DNA of 64,000 nt from positions 3,109,308 through 3,173,307 of the forward strand of contig MU061578.1 in NCBI GenBank assembly GCA_013265495.1, given 5' to 3'. The stretch is from Vicugna vicugna. Taxonomy: Eukaryota. The translations under genes were made by a program, and so were the position numbers. The notes beneath the pieces were generated by a model that saw only the letters and a list, made by a program, of their open reading frames with translations, searched no databases and was not told where the DNA came from. Each line of letters opens with the position of its first letter. Position 1 is the first letter of the stretch. Positions 50,827 to 62,300 of this stretch are shown piece by piece.

Positions 50827-53800
50827 CTGTTGAAACCATTAAGAGGACAAGGATTAGGAAAGGTGGGTCCACGGAAACACGACCACAGAGGTTTTCTCAA
50901 GACAAGACTCGCAATGATGCCCTCCCGCTTGAACTCAAAGCCAGAAATGCAGTTTGAATTTCCAATCTTTTGTCACAAGGTTTGTATTATACCAAAACAA
51001 TTTCTGGAAACTTTTATAACTATAGGAATGCCTCTGGCACTAAGAAATGAATGCCCAGAACACAGAGAGCACCACTACCCTCAAGTGTCATTCTGTGAGA
51101 ACAAAGAGAGACTAGCAGCCAGGGGACTACCCATCTTAGCTACAGAGCTGAGTGCCCAGTCCTTCTTGGCAAGCTCCAGGATGGCAGGAGGACTGGAGGA
51201 AAGAAAGGTGCTTCTAGTCCTCCTAGTTGTATGAACTTGAGTGAGAGCCAGTCCCTCAGACTTAAGATGAGGATATGTATCTGAGGATCAGATAGAAAGG
51301 AAGGTACATCAGACCCCAGGAGGCAGGTGGTCGTGTCTACTCGTCACACTTCCTAGGCCCACAGCCACTGTGCCTTCTGCCTGCCCCCTCCCTTCACACT
51401 CAGTGTACCTCCCAACATGTGCAAACACACAGCAAGTTGTTCCTCTAACTCTCAACACGTGCCCAAAAGAGCAGTTCATCGTGGTCACTTTCAGCGTTTT
51501 CAACGGAGTTGATTGAAGGACATCACTCACATGCACATGCACTGAGGCCTTATCACCCAGATGGACAACCTTAAAAAAGCTTCCATCAGAAAGCTGCACA
51601 TGACTTTTAAAACCTTGCTTTTAGGAAACTGTCCTTCTGATAGCAAACAGCAAACAGTTGAGTGCTCTGAGGAACAGAGAAGGTAGAGAAAAACTGAAAT
51701 CCACATACAATAAGCTAAGGAAGCATACAGCTCATATGATTCAGCTCTGTAATCTGAAAACCAATTACCCACCCTCGTAGAGGTCAGGGAACTCCGGGTT
51801 TTGCTTCTGCTGTGAAAAACCTATCCTGTCTGAGGGAAGACTGTCCCGGATCAGGACTCTGCCACAGTCTTCCATCCTCCCTGTCACTGAGCCCACAAGC
51901 TCAGGCTCCACCTCCCAACCTGGCCAAGGGGGTCTTTGCAACACGGCCCATCTGATGTCAGTGGTCTGGCTATAAGTTAACTGAAGAGATGCATGACAGG
52001 TCCAAATACCTAGAGCACTCAACTGGCCAGAGGAAGCAAAATAAAACCCTAAAACCTGGTACAAACACAAAGAATCAGTCTCCCTGGTTACCACTCTGCA
52101 CTCCGGGCCCTGGCCTACATACCTGCTTTCTCACATCGCACACGCTTTACCTGCCAGCAGTTGCCAAAGGCTAAAAGTAAGAAGCATCCAGAGATGGAGG
52201 ATGGGTCACAATTATGTGCCCCAAATGACAGTTCTGCAGCTAATGACTTTTTATAAAAACTACTAGGTAGGCTGTAATCTCGGCATCAGCAGGAACAGCC
52301 TGTTTCTTAAGGTCAAGGCCCATGGGCAGTGACACCCTGCAGCTCACAGACTACTTCAACTGCGAAGTCGCTTTCTTTGAGTCCCGCCAACAACCTTTGG
52401 TGTCTCAGCTCCACACCAGCTCGTGGATGTCTCATGTCCCCTTGTCACGGACATCATCTTAGGAAAGAGGACCTGCACCTGGCCCCCTGAGCCTCATGCT
52501 TGGGGATACTCTGTAGTGCTCTAGTCTTGAGAAAAAACCAACTCACTGTGTTTGAACAGGAGGCTAATTACAAGTAACTGCCCCTTCCTCTTAAAGTACT
52601 TGTGTCTTCTATGTAAATTATTTGCAGCAGCCTGATTTAAACATTTTCTGCAGGACCCACAGCACTTAACACAAAGTCTTACAACTAATGGGCCCAAATA
52701 AATATTTAATTCATTGGCATAAAGCAAAATAACATTTGTCATAGACGCCAAATGTTAGCTCTTCACAGGTGCTGAACTATTGTGCTATAGAAATAGCAGC
52801 AAATTTAAGATCTAGCCCTTCATTTAGAGTTCGGCACTGTCTTAATAGACTTTTAATTCATGTGTGAACAAGTTCCCCTAATCACTTTAAACTATTTTTT
52901 CACAGCCCAGAAGTAACACTTCTTATAGTTAACATCTATTTTTGGCTGTCAACTGACAGAAGACCTTTGGTGTCCCTGGAAGCACAGGAACATCTCTCCA
53001 AATTACTGTCGTTATTGAAACATGCTCCAATTACCAAAATCTCTGGATTCCCACAGAGAAGTACACGAAGTATTTAGTGTACACACTTGTAAATACTGCA
53101 CATAAAGCAGTTATAACAATTCAGGTTAAAGTCAAATGCCCACAAGCACTGAATCTGGCCAACAGCCTGTAACCGCGGTCAGTAAAAGGATTCCATAAAA
53201 GGAATCCACAACTCTGATACCTCATTTAAAAATCTCCTTTAGTCACTGCCTAGGCCTACCCACTGGGTACCATGGCAGCCAGCTCAATGTTATAGGTGTG
53301 TATGTATATATTTTACTCAAATATCACTTTTGAACTTTTGATTTATGTGGAGTTTGTAAATAATAGAGTGTGACTCTCATATCTTTCCTTCTGTCCGTTA
53401 ATTAAGCTCTTGAAGGGTTGGGACTACTGTTTTACACGTAATCCATTCCTGCACCACCTACATCCTCAGTGACTAATGTAACGTAAAAGTCTAGTTTCTC
53501 TGAAACTAGGAATCCAAGAAACACCAACACTTACTGAAAATCAAACAGAAACAATGTATTTTGTATGGTTTCCCATCCTTGTCCCTCAGTAGACGTTCTT
53601 AAAATTGAAACCCAGATACTGCTATGTTGAGAGGTCAGGTTTAGACTGTGTTCTCCAAAACAGGGCTGGTCCATGTACGTCTGAGATTCTTTCCAAAGAA
53701 GCAGAAAACCCAAGTGCAAGCAAAAAGGAGGGGCTGAGATGCACAATAACTCTTTATAAATTATCTTAGAGATGGGCTAAGAAAAAATCCACAGAGGATT

Positions 53801-54518
53801 GATGTATTTTTCTCTACTGTCCTCAATGCTGAGCTATGTTTCACTGCCCTGACTGTACAGCTCTGATTTCATGAGAGTCTGAATTTCAAAATGAAGGGAA
53901 GAGGTAGAATCTAAAATGCACACTAAAGAGAAAGTTCTGGGGGCAAAGCACCAACATGAAAGAGTAAAGCCACTCAAGAAAGCCAAACCACAGCGTGGAC
54001 CCAGCCTAAGGCACCTCTGTCTCGTGGGGAGTGCCTTCCTTGGATTTCAAACTCATTTCTACTTTTTGTTGGGGGAGGGGAAGGGACGCTCCACTGTCCT
54101 GCTTATCTACAGGATCCCTCCAGACAATGCCTGGCCCCAGCAGCTACTCTGCACCCCACTCACACATCAAAACAGGCCCCAGGCCCAAGGACCCCAGCAC
54201 GCACCTGGCAACATTCAATCTAACAAATCAGCTGCAGACCCCAGCCTCTTCCAGCAGCATCACCTCCCACCCCTTCTCAGAATCCTCAGTCTTCCTTACT
54301 CCCTTCAGCTCATCTAGAACAAGTGCCTTTCCTTTTTGAACAAAATCCTGGAACTCTTTCCCAATCACAGGCCCCAATGTCAAAAGCCCTTGCCTTTTGC
54401 ATCGCCTGATAGCATCCCTTTTTGCACACACCTGCCCTCCCAACCGTGGACCCCCACACCCTCCTCACACATCACGCAGTCTGCACACCCTCTCGGAATA
54501 GCCTGCCACTCCTGTCCA

Positions 54519-54700
54519 CCTCCCCTCACACACTCCCGGCCCACACACCCTAGGAGCCCGCACAGCCTCCCTTCACGCACTCCTGGCCCGCACACCCTCG
54601 GTGTCCGCACAGCCTCCCCTCACGCACTCCTGGTCCGCACACCCTCGGAGCCCGCACAGCCTCCCCTCACGCACTCCCGGCCCGCACACCCTCGGAGCCC
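54519..54700. repeat. 47-bp minisatellite, ~3.9 copies
   Basis: Unit cctcccctcacgcactcc(c/t)ggcccgcacaccctcggagcccgcacag, starting at 54519, 54566, 54613 and 54660. Confidence 0.95.
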
Positions 54701-54798
54701 CTCTTCCGGGTCCCGCGCTCTGCCCGGCCTATGCGGCCTACAATGGGCGCCGCAAGGCCCGCGCCCCTCAGGAATGCGCGCTCGGCCGCACTACTCAC

Positions 54799-54961
54799 CC
54801 GCGCGGCGGCGGCAGAGGCAGCGGCGGGGCCCCGGGCCCGGCTCCCGGAGCGGCGCAACACGGCGCAGCCCATGCGCTCAGCGGCGGCGCGGCGGGCAGC
54901 CGCCCACTCTCACCGGCCAGCTCCGCGGGGACGCGGCTCCGGCCCGACTCCGGCCGGTCCG

Positions 54962-54993
<32 letters not shown>

Positions 54994-55070
54994 CGCGATC
55001 GCTTCCCCGAGCCGGGAGTCGGAACCCAGAGCGCCAAAGCCCAGGCCGGAGCGCCCCCGCCGGCGCCGCC
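54799..55070 (-). other. AXIN1: AXIN1 exon 1 (5' UTR; TSS approximate)
   Basis: Donor CGG|GTGAGT at 54798 inside the CpG island, directly downstream of the ETS/GC-box cluster. Confidence 0.82.
54961..54993. repeat. Interrupted (GGC)n/(GCC)n trinucleotide tract in exon 1
   Basis: ggc agc (ggc)6 agc ggc ggc. Confidence 0.9.
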
Positions 55071-55080
55071 CGGAAGTGCG

Positions 55081-55137
55081 GGGGCGGGGCCTGGAGCGTG
55101 GGGCGGGGCCTGGAGCGTGGGGCGGGGCCCTGAGCGC
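55081..55137. repeat. 19-bp tandem repeat x3, one GC box per unit
   Basis: ggggcggggcctggagcgt at 55081 and 55100, variant at 55119. Confidence 0.93.
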
Positions 55138-58100
55138 GGGGCTGGGCCCGGAGTGTGGGGTTGAACAAGGAACGGTGGGGGGGCGGGGAGCGCAAGGCGG
55201 AGCCGGGAGGGTGGGCCCGAGAGCATGAGGGCGGGGCCGGGAGAGCTGTGGGAGGCCTGGCTGTGGGGCGGTGTCGGGAACGCCAGACGAAGCCCGAGTG
55301 CGGTAACAGGGAGAAGAACGTGTGGGCGGAGCCTCTAACGTGGAGGCGGGTCCGAGAGCTCGAGACGGAGCCGGAGCGCAGAGAAGGGCAAAGAGCATAG
55401 CTAGTGAGGCCTCAAATGTGGGGGCGGAGCCTGGAAGTAGGGGATGGGCCCTGAGCGTGGAGGCGGGGCCAAACACGTCAAGGCGGACCGGAGGCGTGAC
55501 AAAGGGCCAAACGAGGGGGCGTGATCAATAGTTCCGATTGGGGCGGGGCCTTGGGTGTGGGCGGGGCCAAGGCGCTGTAGAGGGTGACCCAGGGAGGGGC
55601 GCGGGAAACCGCTGGGACTCTGGGGCTGTGGCGACCGGGAGGGTGGTCCGCGAGGTTTCCCGAAAGTCCATAGCCACTGGCGAGGCCTGGCTTGTAGCCC
55701 CGAGCGGACGGCCGGCCCCCAGGCGGCACTGCGGGGGCACGCCAAGTCGCAGCCTTTTTCTGCCGCCCACAAGGCGTCCACCGACCCAGTGTTCCAGAGG
55801 TTGGCTCACGCAGGCACCGCCCACGCCCAGCAGGCCTGCCACGCCTTCGGAGCTCCAGGGACAGGAGGACCCTCACTGGAGGATGACCACCAACTGCCCA
55901 CAGCACTGAAGGAAGCAGAGGTCCAAGAGTTGGGTGGTTGGAGGGTAGAGCCAGGCTGACCAGGAGCTGAGCCCCTGGTAACATCCAGCCCCTTTGTTCC
56001 CCTTCCCCAGGCCAGTGCCCCCTAGCGAGCCAGAACCCTGAGGTGGGCTGGAGCCCTGCCCTCCTTGAGTCCCGGGGCAGTCGGGACTCAGCCAGGGCCA
56101 GGGCACACCATAGGCATCCAATAAATGCTGGTTGTCACTTGGGCAGGAGCCCCAACCTCCAAAGATTTATGCATGGGACTGGCTGAGGTCCCACCCCAGC
56201 TGGGCCAGCCTGCCTTGATTTCTCCCAGGCATCATCCAGGGTCTGGACAAGGGCTTCACTTCTCACCACCGCTGGCAGGTCCCACTCACCCAGGCCAGCC
56301 TGAGAGCAAGGGCTTCTGGGTGTCCCAACCCCTGCAACCACCACCTTTCTCCCCCTGACTGTTTTCATGGCAACCCTCACCTGATCTGTAAGCCCATTTA
56401 GCCAACTCCCCTATTGCCCACGTCTCACCCACCCTTCTCAGAGGGAAGGATATGGGCACCCTAACGAATTGCTTCTGCCACCAACCCGTGATCACCCAGG
56501 ACCCTGTCCTCTAGCAGAGCCACATCAGGCCTGACACCCTGAGAAGTGTTCTACACAGGGACCTGATCACTGCATCCTGGCCCAGGGCTCCCCAACCCCT
56601 CATCCATCTCACACTTTCCCCAGCAGCTCTCACCTGGCCTGCTCTCTGGTGCCCTTACAGCCTTCAGGGCCCTTCTCTGGAGTCTCACCCATACCACCCT
56701 CCCTGGGTACATCTGGTCACTTGCCCATCTACATGCTTCTATTATGCTGCCCCTCCAACTCCCCAGGTCACCTCTAAAGCCACCACATTTGCTAGACACT
56801 GCCTACCCTCAACCTTTATAGCTCCCAAGTAAAGGAATAAGTCCAGACTCAGGGCTCCCTAGCCACCAGCCAAACTCCTGCCTAGCTGCCTGCTGGTGTC
56901 ACCTGCCTGGGGTGCGTGGTACAGAGGCATCCCAGCCTTCAGCCTCCCAGGACTCAGCACAGCCTACGCCACCCAGGGTTTCATAGGAAAGGGGAGCAGT
57001 AAGGGATGTGGGCCACCTGGAAAGCATCCCTAGCCTACCAATGGCTCAAGCCACCTCTTGGGCCATCACCATGCACAAGGCAGGCTGGGCAGGAGTGGGG
57101 ACTGTGGTGAGGACAGCACATTAGAGGAGCTGCACTGCTGAACCCAACTGGATCTACTAGGGTCCTGGTGGCAGGTGTAACTCTCACCCACATCCAGCTG
57201 GGTCCCCAGTGCTGGGTACAGGAGATGCCTTTGCAGCCTCTCCCCTACCCTGCTCAGCCTCAGAGCCTCAGAGACAGAGTGGGTGGCCATCATGGCACAG
57301 CCAAGTATCTGTGGGGTGCAGGAGTCCTGAGTGTGTTGGACAGACAACAGATTCTTCCAGACATTGGTCCTTAGGCTGCCTCCCCACTTCCAAACATGGG
57401 CCCTCGGTGCTTGCCTTGGTTCTGCAGAGCTGCTGATGTGGCCAGGCCAGCCTCCCAGGGTTGTGTCCATGTCCATCCTCCTCCGGGCCCATGGTGGCAG
57501 GTGTCCCCAGGCCCTGGGATCAGAACAGGGCCCTCGAGCCTCTGGCTGCTCAGGGCCCTCACCCTGTGGGGACAAGAAGAGAGTCAGAAAGCCTGGAGGA
57601 AATGCTTCAGCCCTGCTTCAGTGGGTTGTGGCTACAAGCACACAAGGGAGACTGGAGGAGGGTACAGTTTCAGGGAGACCAGAGGTGGGAGTTTGGGGAG
57701 GCTCTGAAGAGAGGAAGGTGGGGAAGGTATCTCTGCAGGCCTGCCTGGAACAGGAGTGACCTGGCAGGGGGACTACATCAGCCCCCTAGAGCTGAGAGCA
57801 GACACAGAGCCATGGGAGCCTCACTTGTGAACAGGGGAGTCCTTGATAGAGCCCTCTTTTCATACAGAGATCTTTTAAAACACACCCCTCCCTAGGGGCA
57901 GAGACTGCACATAAGCCTTTGATCTGATAAACTGCAGGTGACACTTGTTCAGGCTTTCCAGGAACTAAACAAAAAACTCAAGAGCACAAATGAAATCATT
58001 TTCTTCAACTTAGACATAAAAGGAATATTTAAAATACAGTGACTCTGAAGCCTTACACATTTGTCCAGTTGGCTGGGGAAGACCACTTGTAAGAAGTGAT

Positions 58101-61100
58101 CCATAGGAATCTTCCAAGATGCACCAAGGAGGTATGTTGAGGAGTGTCCACCATGGCACCATGTGTGGAGGATGAGCTACAGAGACGGAATGCTGTTTCT
58201 TGGAGGGGAACACACAGAGGGACTCTTCTGATTTGGACTTCTGGAGGAAGATAGGAGCCTCAGGCTGAGCCCTATCTGGGCTCTACATTTTCTGCCTCTC
58301 TGGCCCGGCACAGGTATGGGAGGTGGCCGTGGGTGGTCGGCAGGCAGGTGAGGACCGGTTCGGGGAGGGAGGCCTTGGCTCATCCAATTCTGAAGAGTGC
58401 AAGTGGATTTTCCTTCTGAGATGTAGATGCAGCCCCAGCCACAATGGCCAGCTGCCTTCCTGGCCGTAAACTCGGCCCCCAGGGCTCCCTCTCTTGTCCC
58501 TGAGTGTCCTTTTCCCATGGGTTCTGAGGTCAGCAGGGAGGGCCAGGTATGACCCCGACCCCATCCTGCACTCAACAACTGATGCGGAGACATCACACCA
58601 AGGGTGTGAGCTATAAGACCAAATAGAAAGGCTGGGAATCCACACACACAAGGTACCTATTTTGATGAATGCAGAGCATGTGAGTACAAAAGAGGAACTA
58701 CCGGAGCCGGTTTTGGTCATTGCTGGAGAGCGATTAGGGTGGGCTCCAGCCTCTTGTATGCATCTAAAAGGATGTTACTGTTAGGATCTGGGGAAAAGCA
58801 GGAAGCTCTGCAGCAGGCGCCATCTTCCCATCAATGGTCAGTAGAAATTAATCCGTCAGAGTAAGACAGGCAGTGGGGGTGAGGACCCTGGAGTATGGGA
58901 CAGAGGTGACCCGTTGGGCATTGTCAGGCAGGGTGTGACTGTTGTGGTCACCTTGAGTCGGCCCCAGGACCAGCAAACGGGTACCACCTAGAGCTTCTGA
59001 GCTGGCCAGCTCCGTGGGCACCCCAGGCTGGAGCCTCCCTAGGCAGGTCCCCTTCCTCTTTCCTCCTGTGTCTGGCTCCTCTCGCCCTTCACACCTGTGG
59101 GGCAGGTGTGTCCTCCAGGCTGGCATGTTGCATCTCTCTTGCTGTTTGGAGTTTTCTCACCAACTTTAGCCAAAGCTGCTGCAGATACGCCCCAGGAGTG
59201 ACCCCGGTCCCAGTGACAAGCTGGGAGGTAGGGGGACAGGAGCAGAGCTTTGCCTCAGACAGGTTGGTTCCAGGGTCAGCTCAGTGGCGCAACAGACACT
59301 TTCTGACCCTGCTGCTCTGTGTAGTCCAGGCTCGGTGGCCCCTGCTCCCACGAGACAGCAGGTTCTGCTTTTCCCTTTCATAGGCAAGATGAGAAGTGAG
59401 GCACTGCCATTGCTGCTTGTGTGGCCATGCTCTCAAACATGGCTATGTGGTTATCTGCTTCTTCCCATTTGCTCAGAGCCCAGAGTCCCAGGCCCAGTGA
59501 GCCAGTGCTATGCTATTCTGAGGTCTCTGCAAAGACGACTCACCCAGCAGACTTGATGCAGACTCCCAAGTCCCTGGCCCCTAAGGAGTCAATGGTCAGG
59601 CCCCAAGGCCAGCACATTCCAACCCAGGGTACCCTCCACACACCCTCAACTCGGTTCTCACCGAGTGTCCTAAAGAAGTCCTGTCACTCCAGGCCAAAGG
59701 GCACAGCAGGAACACCTTTTTTGTACTGCCTTTCTGAAAGATTCTGACCCCAGAGGTGTGTTTAGGAGACTAGGAGATGGACAGGCAGGCTCAGGGATGG
59801 AGGATGGGTGTTGAGGGTTCAGTGTCCAAGACGGTGCCCACCAGCTACAGGGGCCTAGGAGAGACATGGGGTGAGCAGCCTGCCCACCACCAACCAAGCA
59901 GCTCCCTAACTTGGGGGCCTCAGGGTCATCTGCCCAACTCCTGCCTCCCTGGAGACTTGGGCCAGCCAGAGACTCTGGGCTGGGCAGCCACCTCCTGGAG
60001 TCAGAGTATCCTCCTTGGCAAAGTGACCTGATCCTGGGCCCTCAGAGGTCCATGAGCAACCCTCCATGAGTGGGCCCAGGCCACAGAAGGGAGACCACAC
60101 TGGCCATGGTCCAGGTCAAGTGTCTCAAACAGAACAATGGGCCTGCTGCCCCACTGCCATCCCTGGTACCATTTTCCCAGGAGCGATGGTGTTCAAGTGG
60201 AGGGGCCAGGTTCCTGAGGGACCTCGGCCCAACTTCTGGAAGCAGCAGATATAGTCTCATGTTCCTAGGCAGACTTTGGCTACTTCCCCTTCTGGTCTCA
60301 GGTATGCCTGCCCTCCTGCTGCACAAATCCTCACGCTGGGCAGACTTCCACCTGTGTCCTTGCTATTCCCTCTCCTGGAATGCCCTTCCCTGTCCTGACC
60401 AGCCCATCCCTGGAGGCCTCTCCTGGTGCTATGAGCTCTTACTCCCATCCATTGGTTATCTTTCCTCCTTCCCCCGACACACCCCATTCAGCCACTCCAA
60501 GCCTGCACAGTCCCAGGGACCAGGGCCACCCCTCAAGCTGCAGCTAGGGGTCTTGGCGACAGGTGGTGGGGTGCTGCTGCCTCGGGTGGGCCAGCTGCCC
60601 TCACCAACAGCCCATGCCCTCCAGGTTGGCCTCCGCCCATGGTGGCCTCTGCCACCCGCCCTTCACTTGGCTGTCCGATGTCTCTCTTGGCTGCCTAGGA
60701 GCCCAGCGGCCGCTGCAGCCCAGTTATAAGTATGTGATTATGTATGCCAGGGTTCCTCTGGCCCCTTTGTTGCCGCAGAATCTGTCATGGCAAACAAAAG
60801 TGCACTGGATTAGCCACAGTGGATTAAAAGATTTGCTTCTCAGAGTTTACCTAATAACCCAACAATCGTGCCGACAGAGGCTTTGAACCTCTAAGACATG
60901 CTCGCCAGGCCATCTGGGAGCTCTCGGCCTCTGCGGGCAGCAGGACGGTCGGGGTGATTACAGACAGCCACCGCCCTTACTCACACCCGGCTACACAGCG
61001 GCGGGCCTGTGCTCTCTGCTCCTGCCAGGCCTCTCTGGGCCAAACTTGGGGACAAGACCAGACTCCAGGAGAAGAAGATGGAGGCCCAGGTTGGGGAAAA

Positions 61101-61799
61101 AGGCCCGGCCAGGACTGCCTTCCCAAGGGCCGGCTACCGGAGGCCAGGTGTGGGTGGTGGGGACCAGGCCTCGCCTGCACCCGGTCCGCCCCCTAGGTGC
61201 ATCCACACATCGCACACAGCAGCAAGGACACCCACAACATGGAGGGTGGCCGTGGCGGGCAGGTGACACGCCAGGCTCCACCACTCCGTGGCGCACAGCC
61301 CCACTGCCATCACCCTACACACACGCGTGCACACGCGCACGGCCGCACACACACACACAAGCATGTCCCTCTTTGATCTCCAAAGGACACTCCATTTACA
61401 AGCTCTTAATCACAGCTGCCTTTCTGGGCCTGTCCTCTGAAGTCCCGAGTAATGGGATTTGGCGCTTCTGATCCATCTTGGGCTGACCGCTCCCCGTTAT
61501 AGGTGGACATTTTTTTCTCTTTTTTTCCGCTTTTTCTTTTCTTCTTGAAAAAAATCCTTCTTAAACCACGCTGCCTTGACATGCCTGTTGCCCAGCCCTG
61601 GGAGCGGTGGCCGGGAGAGGGGCCAGGTGGCCGTTACGCTGAGGGCCCTGGCCAGTTGGGGGTCTTTGATGCCGCCTCTATGTGAAATCTGACGTGAAAG
61701 ACCCAGGAGAGCGATTTCGGGACCAGGGAGCGGTGGGATTCATACTGCCTCGTGCTGCTTCCTTTGTCTCTCTTTCCGGGACCCTTCCTTGGGACATTT

Positions 61800-62300
61800 A
61801 GGGAGAGGGTCCCAGGGTGAGGGTCAGAGGGCGGGGTGGGCTGAGGGCAGAGCCTCAGCCAAAAGAACAATGGGCAGCAGGGAGCACGTCCACCTGTCTG
61901 CCTGTCCGTCCGTCCGTCTGTCCGTCCTCCCACCCGGCTTACCTCACCTGCCTGGGTCCGTGTGCCTGCTCACGCCCCACCGTCCCGCGGTCCGCCATGA
62001 TGGGCTTGGCCGGTCCGAGCGAGCACTTTCAGCCACTCCAGGAAGCGGGTCCCTGCTCTTGGCCACTGTGTGGCTGGGAGGAAGAAGCGTGACTCTAGGC
62101 TGCAGCTCGGGCTCCCACCGCCGATTGGCTGAGGCAGGGACCAGATGACGGCCTCGGAACCCTATGGTAGCCATGGCAACCAGCCCCTTTAGACACCGCC
62201 ACCCCCGAGCCACTCCTGACTGCTGAGGGAGCAGGCGGCGTCGCTGGTGGGCCCATGCCAGGGTCCCCTTCGAGGGTCGGGTCAGACGTGGCTGGATGGT
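61800..62300 (-). promoter_or_regulatory. Candidate distal promoter/enhancer with possible alternative first exon
   Basis: Local CpG enrichment; X-box GTAGCCATGGCAAC (62167-62180); CCAAT on minus strand (ccgattggct 62121-62130); tandem minus-strand donors at 61947 and 61942. Confidence 0.5.

Larger units (their letters stand above)
54500..55850. promoter_or_regulatory. AXIN1: CpG island / AXIN1 promoter
   Basis: Very high GC and CpG density; ETS/GABP motif CCGGAAGTG (55070-55078), EGR motif GCGGGGGCG (55078-55086), many GGGGCGGGGC boxes, ATTGG near 55537; no TATA box. Confidence 0.92.

Noticed and set aside
48664..54500. Search for an inverted SINE pair bracketing exon 2 to drive back-splicing
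   Set aside because: A SINE lies at 48664-48788, but no partner copy was recognised in intron 1; a self-alignment would be needed to exclude weaker complementarity
54336..55984. Numerous overlapping long ORFs on both strands
   Set aside because: Expected from stop-codon scarcity in a CpG island and minisatellite
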